IMG/VR virus record: IMGVR_UViG_3300029566_000004
Reading direction: 5' to 3' (one strand)
DNA from: a virus
DNA length: 64,000 bases
Part shown: positions 43,879 to 50,224 of the stretch, in pieces
How the letters are laid out: every line of letters starts with the position of its first letter
Numbering within the stretch: position 1 is the stretch's first letter
Translations under genes and position numbers: made by a program
The notes under the pieces: model-generated
Seen by the model: the letters and a program-made list of their open reading frames with translations, nothing else
What the model was told of the DNA's origin: nothing
The model's database searches: none

Positions 43879-43952
43879 TGGTGCGGGGCTGCGGATTTGA
43901 ACCGCTTTTTCAGCTTTTTAAAGCTGAGGGTATACCTTTAGCCTAACCCCGC
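43879..43952 (-). tRNA. atypical tRNA-like gene with an 8-nt anticodon loop UUUAAAAA
   Basis: Acceptor GCGGGGT/GCCCCGC, A73, CCA. Perfect 5-bp stem TCAGC/GCTGA encloses 8 nt. The D stem is weak and the variable loop short. Confidence 0.5.
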
Positions 43953-44073
43953 AATATAAAACAAAACGTATTTTTCTTCACTCACTCAAAATAATTCATT
44001 TATTGCTACATACGTTTTTATATGGTGCGGATGGAGGGATTCGAACCCTCAAGGATTTCTCCCGACGGATTTT

Positions 44074-44808
44074 CTTACTACTCTATGTTACCATAGCCGC
44101 ATTATTGCGTTGTAGTCTGGATCATGTCTTCTCCATATCTTTCGACTTAGGAGGCTGGTGTATGATCTCTACACATTTACAATCTAAATGATTGATTTAG
44201 CTCGGCGTTATCCCAGTAGGACTTTCGCCGAATTAGCCAGCATTCACTCAGAAGATTTCTCACTCTGGTGCTCTATTTGCAGAAATAGTATTTTTTCTTC
44301 TACGCCAATTTGGAGTATAAGAATGACAGTTTGGACATAATAATTGAAGATTTTCTAAACGATTGTCTGTCCTATCTCCATTAATATGATGGATTTCAAG
44401 AGTAATTGGTTGTCCTAACCACTCTGTTAATCCACAGCATTCACATTTACGTCCTCTCAATTTAATTAAAGGATTTAATGTTGTGCTGCCATTCTTTTTA
44501 ATTGAATTTACTGTAAATAATGTGTAATCATAATTCTCATGATTCCATGCTTGTCCTAAAAAATGTGAGGTATCAAGTTGAAGTTCTTGACACATTTTAT
44601 TTAATGAAGTTAATGCTCCGCCACTGTCTCTTGCATATCCAAGGGCTATTGCAACTTCACGCATAGACTACGCATTTTTTACAATTTCTTCAATTTGTTC
44701 TTTTGAAAAAGATTTCCATTTTGGTTCTCTTGCCATAATATAGACCTCCTTTTTTCTTGTCTATTTATTATGGCAGAGGCGATAGATATTTTAATCTACT
44801 CTGCCCAA
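44074..44808 (-). mobile_element. group I intron in tRNA-Leu(UAA) carrying an HNH endonuclease ORF
   Basis: The 5' exon ends in U and the intron ends ..GTAAG. A candidate internal guide GAGU pairs with exon ACUU. About 257 nt are non-coding, including ..TCCAGACTA.. / ..TAGAGTAG... Confidence 0.7.
44260..44735 (-). CDS. HNH homing endonuclease (intron-encoded), one in-frame TAG
   Basis: MAREPKWKSFSKEQIEEIVKNA-TAG-SMREVAIALGY.. and C-terminal ..CECCG..HHINGDRTDNRLENLQLLCPNCH... Confidence 0.75.
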
Positions 44809-44876
44809 AAGTCCGTTGTGTATGCCATTCCACCACATCCGCACAGTAAGTTTTCATTTCTTTTTCTTACATATAT

Positions 44877-44905
44877 ATTTTATCAAATTTTTTTATAAAA
44901 ATCAA
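44877..44905 (-). promoter_or_regulatory. promoter cassette (-35 TTGATT, -10 TAAAAT) upstream of tRNA-Leu(UAA)
   Basis: Same repeat family. Confidence 0.6.
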
Positions 44906-45037
44906 AAAGATAAAATCAAACTAGACGCTATAATAATTCACAAAGGATTCTAACCACCAATTAGAAAAAATTAAAAATATTAACATAATTGCTGTAAGCG
45001 TCTTATCTGGTTTTTATTTTCCCTTTTCCGATTAATA

Positions 45038-45126
45038 TGGCTGGGGTGGAGGGATTCGAACCCCCATCTTTCGCCTCAGAAGCCCGGCATTTAGAGTGCC
45101 GTGTGTTGCCATTACACCACACCCCA
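45038..45126 (-). tRNA. amber suppressor tRNA, anticodon CUA (reads UAG)
   Basis: TGGGGTG-TG-GTGT-AATGGCA-ACAC-A-CGGCA-CUCUAAA-TGCCG-[19 nt]-GGGGG-TTCGAAT-CCCTC-CACCCCA-G-CCA. All stems are Watson-Crick apart from one G-U pair in the T stem. Confidence 0.85.
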
Positions 45127-45271
45127 GCGTATTATTTAAGGAAAAAGATAAAACATTTGTCAAAAATTATTCGTTAAGTTATCAAGACCTCTAGTATAAT
45201 ATTTTATCAGAATATCACTTATAATAATTGCGGAAAAGGTCTTTCTTTATTTATATTATATTATAAATTTT

Positions 45272-45799
45272 TTATTTTTTCAATTCTTCAATAATTAAAT
45301 CTTTTGGCAAAAATTTTTTACATAAATAACAAGAGCCAAAAGACACACCATCTTGCGTTTTTGACATTGAAGGATCTTTATAATAATTAATTCTCTTATC
45401 AAAACCAAGGTATTGTATATTTTTCAAATAAGGGAATCGAGCTTGTCCCTGCAAAGTAGGAACAGGTAATAACATTGCATAAGGTTTCCCTAATTCGTCA
45501 AGTCTCTTTAAGACATTGTCTTTCTGAGAAAAAGGAGGATTAGAAATAATTATGTCATAATGTTCTTTTGGTTCCCAAAAGAAAAAATTTTTCCCTTCGT
45601 CTATGTGAGAATGTATTACTTTAAAGCCATTCTTTACAAATACCTAAACATACTTAGATGTCTCCAAGTCAAAAGGACACCAAATAGTTTCATTCCCTTG
45701 TAAGTATTTAATAAGAGGAATTACTGCATATTCAGGTGTAAATACTTCATCACTTGCTTTGTCAGTTTTAGCCTACAAATAACCGACATTAAGAGGCAT
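45272..45799 (-). CDS. DNA (amino) methyltransferase-like protein, two in-frame TAGs
   Basis: MPLNVGYL-TAG-AKTD..VFTPEYAV..SKYV-TAG-VFVKNG..DIIISNPPFS.. (NPPF motif IV). ATG 45799. Confidence 0.6.
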
Positions 45800-45878
45800 T
45801 GTATTTCCTCCTTTTATTTTATTTCTGGATAATTAGTAAAAACAGTTACACCACGAGAAGGTTTATCCAAAGTAACCG

Positions 45879-45950
45879 AGCCCGTGGACGGAGTCGAACC
45901 GCCAGCCCTTTCTTTACAAGAGAAACGCTCTACCATTGAGCCACACGGGC
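45879..45950 (-). tRNA. tRNA-Thr(UGU)
   Basis: Acceptor GCCCGTG/CACGGGC, loop CUUGUAA, T-loop TTCGACT, no encoded CCA. Confidence 0.85.
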
Positions 45951-45964
45951 AAATTCAAGACGAT

Positions 45965-46033
45965 TGAAATTTATAGGAATCGAACCTACTCAAACAAGGA
46001 TACAGCCTGTTTTTAAACCATATATAAAATTGC
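45965..46033 (-). pseudogene. degenerate AT-rich tRNA-like sequence (loop CUGUAUC, GUA)
   Basis: GTAGG-TTCGATT-CCTAT T arm, anticodon stem ACAGG/CTTGT, weak acceptor and D stems. Confidence 0.3.
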
Positions 46034-46063
46034 AGAAATCGTCTTTCTTTTTCTTACATATAT

Positions 46064-46092
46064 ATTATATCAAAAATTTTTATATTTTTCAA
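46064..46092 (-). promoter_or_regulatory. promoter cassette (-35 TTGAAA, -10 TATAAT)
   Basis: Same repeat family, inside the tRNA array. Confidence 0.6.
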
Positions 46093-46524
46093 ATAAAAAA
46101 TATCTGACATAGGACTTGAGCGCATCTACTCCACAAACACTAACTACTGTTGTCTTGTGCCACCCACCCATACATACATACGTAATGTATTATTACAACA
46201 AAACGCATACAATCCATCGACTTGCTGTATTCCTATGTCAGAATATTTTCCCTTGCCTCTACTGCCATCCAGAAGAGTTGGAGCGTCTAGTTCGCAAGTA
46301 AAACACAACTAATAACAATTAATAAATAAATAAATAAAACCTACAATCTCTTCTCTTATAGGACGACCGATTTATAGTTATCGGCCTAACTCGAGTAGTA
46401 TGTCTTTACGACCAAAGAACCACGCCGCGGACGTAGTCCACTTTTTAAATGATGGACACTTTTAATCCTACATCCTACTCAACAATAGACTTACATATGG
46501 ATTTTGCCATAAAGCTATTGGTAC

Positions 46525-46598
46525 TGGCAGGGGTGCAGGGACTTGGACCCCAATCTGCGCCTTTGGAGAGCGTTATGCTGCCGTTACACCACACCCCT
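46525..46598 (-). tRNA. tRNA-Trp(CCA)
   Basis: Acceptor AGGGGTG/CACCCCT, G73, CCA, loop CUCCAAA. Confidence 0.8.
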
Positions 46599-46601
46599 AT
46601 A

Positions 46602-46692
46602 TGGCAGAGGGAGAGGGATTTGAACCCTCGGAACAATAAACTTGTTCGGTAATTTAGCAAACTACTGCACTCAGCCACTATGCGATCCCTCT
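46602..46692 (-). tRNA. tRNA-Ser(GCU)
   Basis: Acceptor AGAGGGA/TCCCTCT, G73, loop UUGCUAA, long variable arm (GAACAA/TTGTTC), CCA. Confidence 0.85.
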
Positions 46693-46698
46693 ATAAAA

Positions 46699-46775
46699 TG
46701 GTAAGTCTGATGGGAGTTGAACCCATAATAAAACGGTTTTGAACCGTTCGCGTCTGCCTATTGCGCCACAGACTC
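46699..46775 (-). tRNA. tRNA with Leu anticodon CAA and Leu-type D arm but only a 5-nt variable loop
   Basis: GAGTCTG-TG-GCG-CAATAGGCAGA-CGC-G-AACGG-UUCAAAA-CCGTT-TTATT-ATGGG-TTCAACT-CCCAT-CAGACTT-A-CCA. Confidence 0.65.
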
Positions 46776-46781
46776 ATAAAA

Positions 46782-46868
46782 TGGTGCGTGTAATAGGACT
46801 CGAACCTATAAAGTGTTGCCACCATAGCGCCCTCAACACTACGCGTTTACCAGTTTCGCCACACACGC
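46782..46868 (-). tRNA. tRNA-Leu(GAG)
   Basis: Acceptor GCGTGTG/TACACGC, A73, loop UUGAGGG, 15-nt variable arm, CCA. Confidence 0.8.
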
Positions 46869-47015
46869 ATAAAATAGTCGGGATTGTATTACCATATAGC
46901 GCTATTAAGTAATAGAACTGGGCCATCTAACCCGACGGAGTGCCCCAAACCCTTGCTCATGCATTAGCTTAACAGATCGCTGTATGTTTATTATTGCGGA
47001 GGGAACAGCAACCCT

Positions 47016-47089
47016 TGGTGGAGACGCTAGGAGTTGAACCTAGTTTTCATCGGCGGTACCATTTTCGAGCTCTTTCCGAAGTCATCCCC
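47016..47089 (-). pseudogene. tRNA-like sequence with good acceptor/T arm and CCA but no foldable anticodon arm
   Basis: GGGGATG...CTAGG-TTCAACT-CCTAG-CGTCTCC-A-CCA. I could not form a 5-bp anticodon stem in the central 39 nt. Confidence 0.35.
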
Positions 47090-47092
47090 ATA

Positions 47093-47167
47093 TGGTGGGC
47101 CAGGGTGGGATTGAACCACCGACGAACGAATTCTTAGTCCGCCACTCTACCTCTGAGTTAGCAGCCC
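47093..47167 (-). tRNA. tRNA with anticodon AAG (Leu codon family), class I shape
   Basis: GGGCTGC-TA-ACTC-AGAGGTA-GAGT-G-GCGGA-CUAAGAA-TTCGT-TCGTC-GGTGG-TTCAATC-CCACC-CTGGCCC-A-CCA. Two G-U pairs in the anticodon stem and one acceptor mismatch. Confidence 0.55.
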
Positions 47168-47170
47168 AAA

Positions 47171-47246
47171 TGGAGCTTGCAATGCGACTTGAACGCATGA
47201 CCTCACCCGTACCAAGGGTGTGCTCTACCAACTGAGCTATACAAGC
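47171..47246 (-). tRNA. tRNA-Thr(GGU)
   Basis: Acceptor GCTTGTA/TGCAAGC, loop UUGGUAC, CCA. Confidence 0.85.
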
Positions 47247-47267
47247 ATATTAAAATCAACCTTAAAG

Positions 47268-47352
47268 TGGTGCGAGCGAAGAGACTCGAACTCATACACC
47301 CTGCGGCACCGGAACCTAAATCCGGCGCGTCTGCCAATTCCGCCACGCCCGC
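47268..47352 (-). tRNA. tRNA-Leu(UAG)
   Basis: Acceptor GCGGGCG/CGCTCGC, A73, D arm GCG-GAATTGGCAGA-CGC, loop UUUAGGU, 13-nt variable arm, CCA. Confidence 0.8.
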
Positions 47353-47418
47353 TGATGCCCTCTGCAACGCAATGTCTCGTTTAAATTGATAAATGAAACA
47401 AAAACCAAATGCAAAGAT

Positions 47419-47494
47419 TGGTAACCCGTCGGAGATTCGAACTCCGGACACCTTGATTAAAAGTCAAGTGCTCTACCGACTGAGCTAACGGGTC
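47419..47494 (-). tRNA. tRNA-Lys(UUU)
   Basis: Acceptor GACCCGT/ACGGGTT, loop CUUUUAA, CCA. Confidence 0.85.
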
Positions 47495-47499
47495 AAATC

Positions 47500-47649
47500 T
47501 GGCTGAGGTGGCAGGATTTGAACCTGCGAATGCGGGAGTCTGGCAGGCGGCTAAGGATTTGAACCTTAATCTTTAGTTTTGGAGGCTATTATGTTACCGT
47601 TACACCAACCACCTAAAGTCCCGTGCCTTAACCTCTTGGCTACACCTCA
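47500..47649 (-). tRNA. tRNA-Gln(UUG)-type gene split in the anticodon by a nested tRNA (5' half 47615..47649, 3' half 47500..47540)
   Basis: The halves join to TGAGGTG-TA-GCCA-AGAGGTTAA-GGCA-CGGGA-CUUU|GAC-TCCCG-CATTC-GCAGG-TTCAAAT-CCTGC-CACCTCA-G-CCA (76 nt). All stems are Watson-Crick. It is close to E. coli tRNA-Gln as I recall it. Confidence 0.75.
47541..47614 (-). tRNA. tRNA-Trp(CCA)-like gene nested inside the Gln-type tRNA
   Basis: AGGTGGT-TG-GTGT-AACGGTA-ACAT-A-ATAGC-CUCCAAA-ACTAA-AGAT-TAAGG-TTCAAAT-CCTTA-GCCGCCT-G-CCA. It is a paralog of 46525-46598. Its anticodon stem has only 3 of 5 pairs. Confidence 0.65.
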
Positions 47650-47679
47650 ATTTTATAATCCCAAGTGTTTTGATGAAAA

Positions 47680-47756
47680 TGGTCGGGGTGGAGGGATTCG
47701 AACCCCCGACTTTCTGCTCCCAAAGCAGACGGACTACCAAACTGTCCTACACCCCG
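47680..47756 (-). tRNA. tRNA-Pro(UGG)
   Basis: Acceptor CGGGGTG/CACCCCG, A73, loop UUUGGGA, CCA. Confidence 0.85.
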
Positions 47757-47759
47757 AAA

Positions 47760-47836
47760 TGGCGGTACCAAGGGGATTTGAACCCCTGTCTCCGGCGTGA
47801 CAGGCCGGCATTCTAGGCCAACTGAACTATGGAACC
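47760..47836 (-). tRNA. tRNA-Asp(GUC)
   Basis: Acceptor GGTTCCA/TGGTACC (one mismatch), G73, loop CUGUCAC, CCA. Confidence 0.8.
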
Positions 47837-48163
47837 ATAAAGAAAGGAGAATAGAGAGAAGAAAGAAGAAAAATGTGATGAAAAATTAAAGAAATCACAT
47901 TTCCAGAGCTAAAAGACTCTCTCTATGAGGATAGTCTTTTCTTTCTGCGGCAAGCAATATATTCAGGATTTTAACCTGCAGCCCAAAGTTCAATAGTATG
48001 TTTATTAAGCACTCAATAAACAAAATACAAGAAGGATCCAAAATAATTAACTTTGGGATTTCCGTCGCAGGCCTTTATAAAAGCTTGTCAGGGAAAATTA
48101 TCTTAATGACAATAATTTTATTTTTTATTAATTATAAGCTATTCACTCATTTTTTACAATATA

Positions 48164-48192
48164 ATTATATCATAAATTTTTTGAAAAATCAA
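48164..48192 (-). promoter_or_regulatory. promoter cassette (-35 TTGATT, -10 TATAAT)
   Basis: Same repeat family. The -35 abuts the tRNA-Cys 3' end. Confidence 0.6.
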
Positions 48193-48272
48193 TGGAGCAT
48201 TCGGTTGGATTCGAACCAACGACATATACGGAGGTTGCAGCTCCGCCTCTTAAGCCACTTGAGTACGAATGC
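48193..48272 (-). tRNA. tRNA-Cys(GCA)
   Basis: Acceptor GCATTCG/CGAATGC, U73, loop CUGCAAC, 8-nt variable loop, CCA. Confidence 0.75.
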
Positions 48273-48347
48273 ATAAAAGGCAAAAGACGCATAGGGTCTA
48301 CCTTGGTCTTTCGAAACTTTTTCTACACATGGTAGATAAGCAAAACT

Positions 48348-48407
48348 AGACACTTGGATTTTTTCAGAATGTAGCGAAAAAAATTCTAAAATTTGCTGTG
48401 CGTGTCT
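48348..48407 (-). ncRNA. stem-loop element sharing the AGACAC..ACAGCAAAT...A-run-GTGTCT ends with the element at 52118-52234
   Basis: AGACAC (48402-48407 on the RNA strand) pairs with GTGTCT (48348-48353). An internal AGAAT/ATTCT hairpin is present. The 5' segment is nearly identical to that of 52118-52234. Confidence 0.35.
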
Positions 48408-48506
48408 AAATTTGGTGGGAATGCCTTACGAGATATATATTGCAATACGGTTTAACTTTTGCATGCCGTAGCACGTGATACTGACATATAAGTTTCTCTC
48501 GCTCCT

Positions 48507-48581
48507 TGGTACCTCGAGGTGGATTTGAACCACCGACTTCCGGAATATGAGTCCGTCGTTCTACCGCTGAACTATCGAGGC
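48507..48581 (-). tRNA. tRNA-Met/Ile2(CAU)
   Basis: Acceptor GCCTCGA/TCGAGGT, loop CUCAUAU, CCA. Confidence 0.75.
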
Positions 48582-48747
48582 ATATATAACTAAGTTTTGC
48601 TTTCGTTGTCTTTTTATTTTTGTGTGCTGCTAAATGACAATGCCACATATGGATTATATCCCCGGTGGTAGTTGAAACTTAGAAAATCCATCCTTTCCGC
48701 ACACTTTGGCGCTCCCGGTAGGACTTGAACCTACGACGCGGTGGTTG

Positions 48748-49215
48748 CTTACACATCAGCTTACCAATTCTTTACTACTTCCTCCAATTCATAATTTTTC
48801 GCCCAAGTAATACCTCTTACTTGACCATTTTTTGTAGGAAGAATACGAAGTCTTTTATCTGCTCCGCACTCCTCAACTGGAACTAAATAACATTTTCCAT
48901 TAAAAGTAGTTACGAAGTAATCAATTTCCTCGTTTGAGTATGTATGATGCACAATCTTACCATCTTTTCTATTACAACTTCTACAAGAAAATTTGAATGA
49001 TGCACCATCATCTTCGGTATTTGATGTTTTAGCTTGAACTCGAATAAACTTTCCATTAACATCTACTACAAAGTCATATCTCTCACAATCTCCATATGGA
49101 GTTAAAACATTATAACCAAGTTTTAGAAATGCTAACATTGTTTCAAGTTCTGTAATATTTCCTTTTTGTTTACTATTCATTTATCTTTTCATAAAGAATA
49201 GATAAGGTCAGGTAA
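48748..49215 (-). mobile_element. 468-nt insertion in the tRNA anticodon loop, almost entirely a PD-(D/E)XK endonuclease ORF
   Basis: Only about 35 nt lie upstream and 13 nt downstream of the ORF within the insertion. With the terminal-G rule the loop becomes CUGU|CAA (Asp). An Asn loop CUGUU|AA would need an intron ending in C. Confidence 0.55.
48761..49180 (-). CDS. PD-(D/E)XK endonuclease of the I-Ssp6803I-like (tRNA-intron) type
   Basis: MNSKQKGNITELETMLAFLKLGYNVLTPYGDCERYDFVVDVNGKFIRVQAKTS.. fits the ..KG...E......L..G..VL.P.GD..-YD.V.D..G...RVQ(V/A)K pattern. Confidence 0.6.
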   Translation of the reverse strand: MNSKQKGNITELETMLAFLKLGYNVLTPYGDCERYDFVVDVNGKFIRVQAKTSNTEDDGASFKFSCRSCNRKDGKIVHHTYSNEEIDYFVTTFNGKCYLVPVEECGADKRLRILPTKNGQVRGITWAKNYELEEVVKNW

Positions 49216-49256
49216 ACAGCCACCTGCTCTGCCAGCTGAGCTACAGGAGCATATAT

Positions 49257-49333
49257 TGGCGGTACCAAGGGGATTTGAACCCCTGTCTTCGGCGTGACGG
49301 ACCGACATTCTAGGCCAACTGAACTATGGAACC
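49257..49333 (-). tRNA. tRNA-Asp(GUC), second copy with C33
   Basis: Same acceptor and T arm as 47760-47836. Loop CCGUCAC, i.e. C instead of U at position 33. Confidence 0.7.
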
Positions 49334-49491
49334 ATTCGTGATTACGCCGCAAGTTCGCGTCACTTGCTTTTACGGAGGGCGTAGGCTCCGCCTCAAATCT
49401 GGTGCTTATGAGGATATCACCCGGACGCCGTAGCGCCACTTTAAAGTTGCCTTAATTTAACGAGCTGGTCGAGCTCTTAAAAACTAGTCCC

Positions 49492-49563
49492 ATTTTAAGA
49501 TTGGAGTCGAACCAATGACCTTCAGTTTTGCAGACTGATGCTCTACCTCTGAGCTACTCTCCC
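49492..49563 (-). pseudogene. tRNA-Cys(GCA)-like with a non-pairing acceptor 3' strand
   Basis: GGGAGAG-TA-GCTCAGAGGTAGAGC-A-TCAGT-CUGCAAA-ACTGA-AGGTC-ATTGG-TTCGACT-CCAAT is followed by CTTAAAA instead of CTCTCCC. Confidence 0.45.
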
Positions 49564-49600
49564 AATATGCGGAAGCAAGATTGCTGTATAGGACTATAAA

Positions 49601-49676
49601 TGGTAGCGTCATGGGGATTCGAACCCCAGTTGCTGGATTGAAAGCCCAGTCTCCTAACCAATTAGAGGATGGCGCC
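49601..49676 (-). tRNA. tRNA-Glu(UUC)
   Basis: Acceptor GGCGCCA/TGACGCT (one mismatch), Glu-type D arm, loop CUUUCAA, CCA. Confidence 0.75.
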
Positions 49677-49682
49677 AAGTTA

Positions 49683-49949
49683 TTAATTCATTGGGAGAAG
49701 AACTTTCCATGCGCCATTAGGCTGCATTTCCATTCGCCACCAAGAATCATTTTTAAGCAGATATACTGCAGTATCAGTATATTTATCAATAAATGCCTGC
49801 CGCAAATTTTCTGCTGCATCGAGGTCTTTTACAGGCCCCAGAAATTTCCCTTGAACAGGAGGAATATCCTCATACATGTTTTTAAATGTCTTTTCTACAT
49901 AAACGGTATCAATAGGATAATGTTTGCGACATACAACATAAAATTTCAT
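49683..49949 (-). CDS. hypothetical protein inside the tRNA array
   Basis: MKFYVVCRKHYPIDTVYVEK.. AGGAG RBS. Confidence 0.5.
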   Translation of the reverse strand: MKFYVVCRKHYPIDTVYVEKTFKNMYEDIPPVQGKFLGPVKDLDAAENLRQAFIDKYTDTAVYLLKNDSWWRMEMQPNGAWKVLLPMN

Positions 49950-50153
49950 AGATATCTCTCCTTTGGATTTATTTAATGAAGGGTGGAATTCAAACCCTCG
50001 CGCTATTATATAGCTTCTTTTCTTTAACGACAACAAGTAAGCTAAATGTCGCTGGTCTTACATCATTTATTTAACGTCGCTGTTGGATGGCAGCAAACCT
50101 GCGACGAAAAGAATGCTTTGTTTTATGGTATAGAACCATAATATTGGTTTAGT

Positions 50154-50224
50154 TGCTCAAAATAGGATTTGAACCTATATCTAACGATATATAGAATCGC
50201 TGCTTTGCTATTAAGCTATTGAGC
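50154..50224 (-). tRNA. tRNA-Ile(UAU)
   Basis: Anticodon stem GCGAT/ATCGT, loop UCUAUAU, T arm ATAGG-TTCAAAT-CCTAT, no encoded CCA. The acceptor/D junction is slightly irregular. Confidence 0.55.

Larger units (their letters stand above)
44023..44842 (-). tRNA. tRNA-Leu(UAA) interrupted by a group I intron (exons 44809..44842 and 44023..44073)
   Basis: Exons join to an 85-nt class II tRNA: GCGGATG..ACGGA-CUU|AAAA-TCCGT, a 14-nt variable arm, GAGGG-TTCGAAT-CCCTC, CATCCGC-A-CCA. The break lies between U34 and A35. Confidence 0.8.
48707..49250 (-). tRNA. tRNA (GUU Asn or GUC Asp, junction-dependent) interrupted in the anticodon loop by an ORF-bearing insertion
   Basis: 5' part GCTCCTG-TA-GCTCAGCTGGCAGAGC-A-GGTGG-CUGUU.. 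(49216-49250). 3' part ..CAA-CCACC-GCGTC-GTAGG-TTCAAGT-CCTAC-CGGGAGC-G-CCA (48707-48747). Confidence 0.65.

Noticed and set aside
43879-43952. The 8-nt-loop tRNA as an ochre (TAA) suppressor.
   Set aside because: TAA is used as a genuine stop throughout the window, so efficient ochre suppression is unlikely. It is mentioned only as a formal possibility.
45038-45126. Reading the suppressor tRNA as Ser, Leu or Tyr type because of its long variable region.
   Set aside because: G73 with U1-A72 and the GGGG acceptor match the Gln/Trp types. Leu and Tyr need A73. The TAG contexts fit Gln better than Ser. This is kept as an open point in the finding.
46449-49678. Short ORFs in the ORF track across the tRNA array (for example 46449..46652, 47203..47451, 47579..47800, 48406..48648, 49173..49439, 49484..49678).
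   Set aside because: They are translations of tRNA genes and spacers. Each overlaps one or more cloverleaf sequences.
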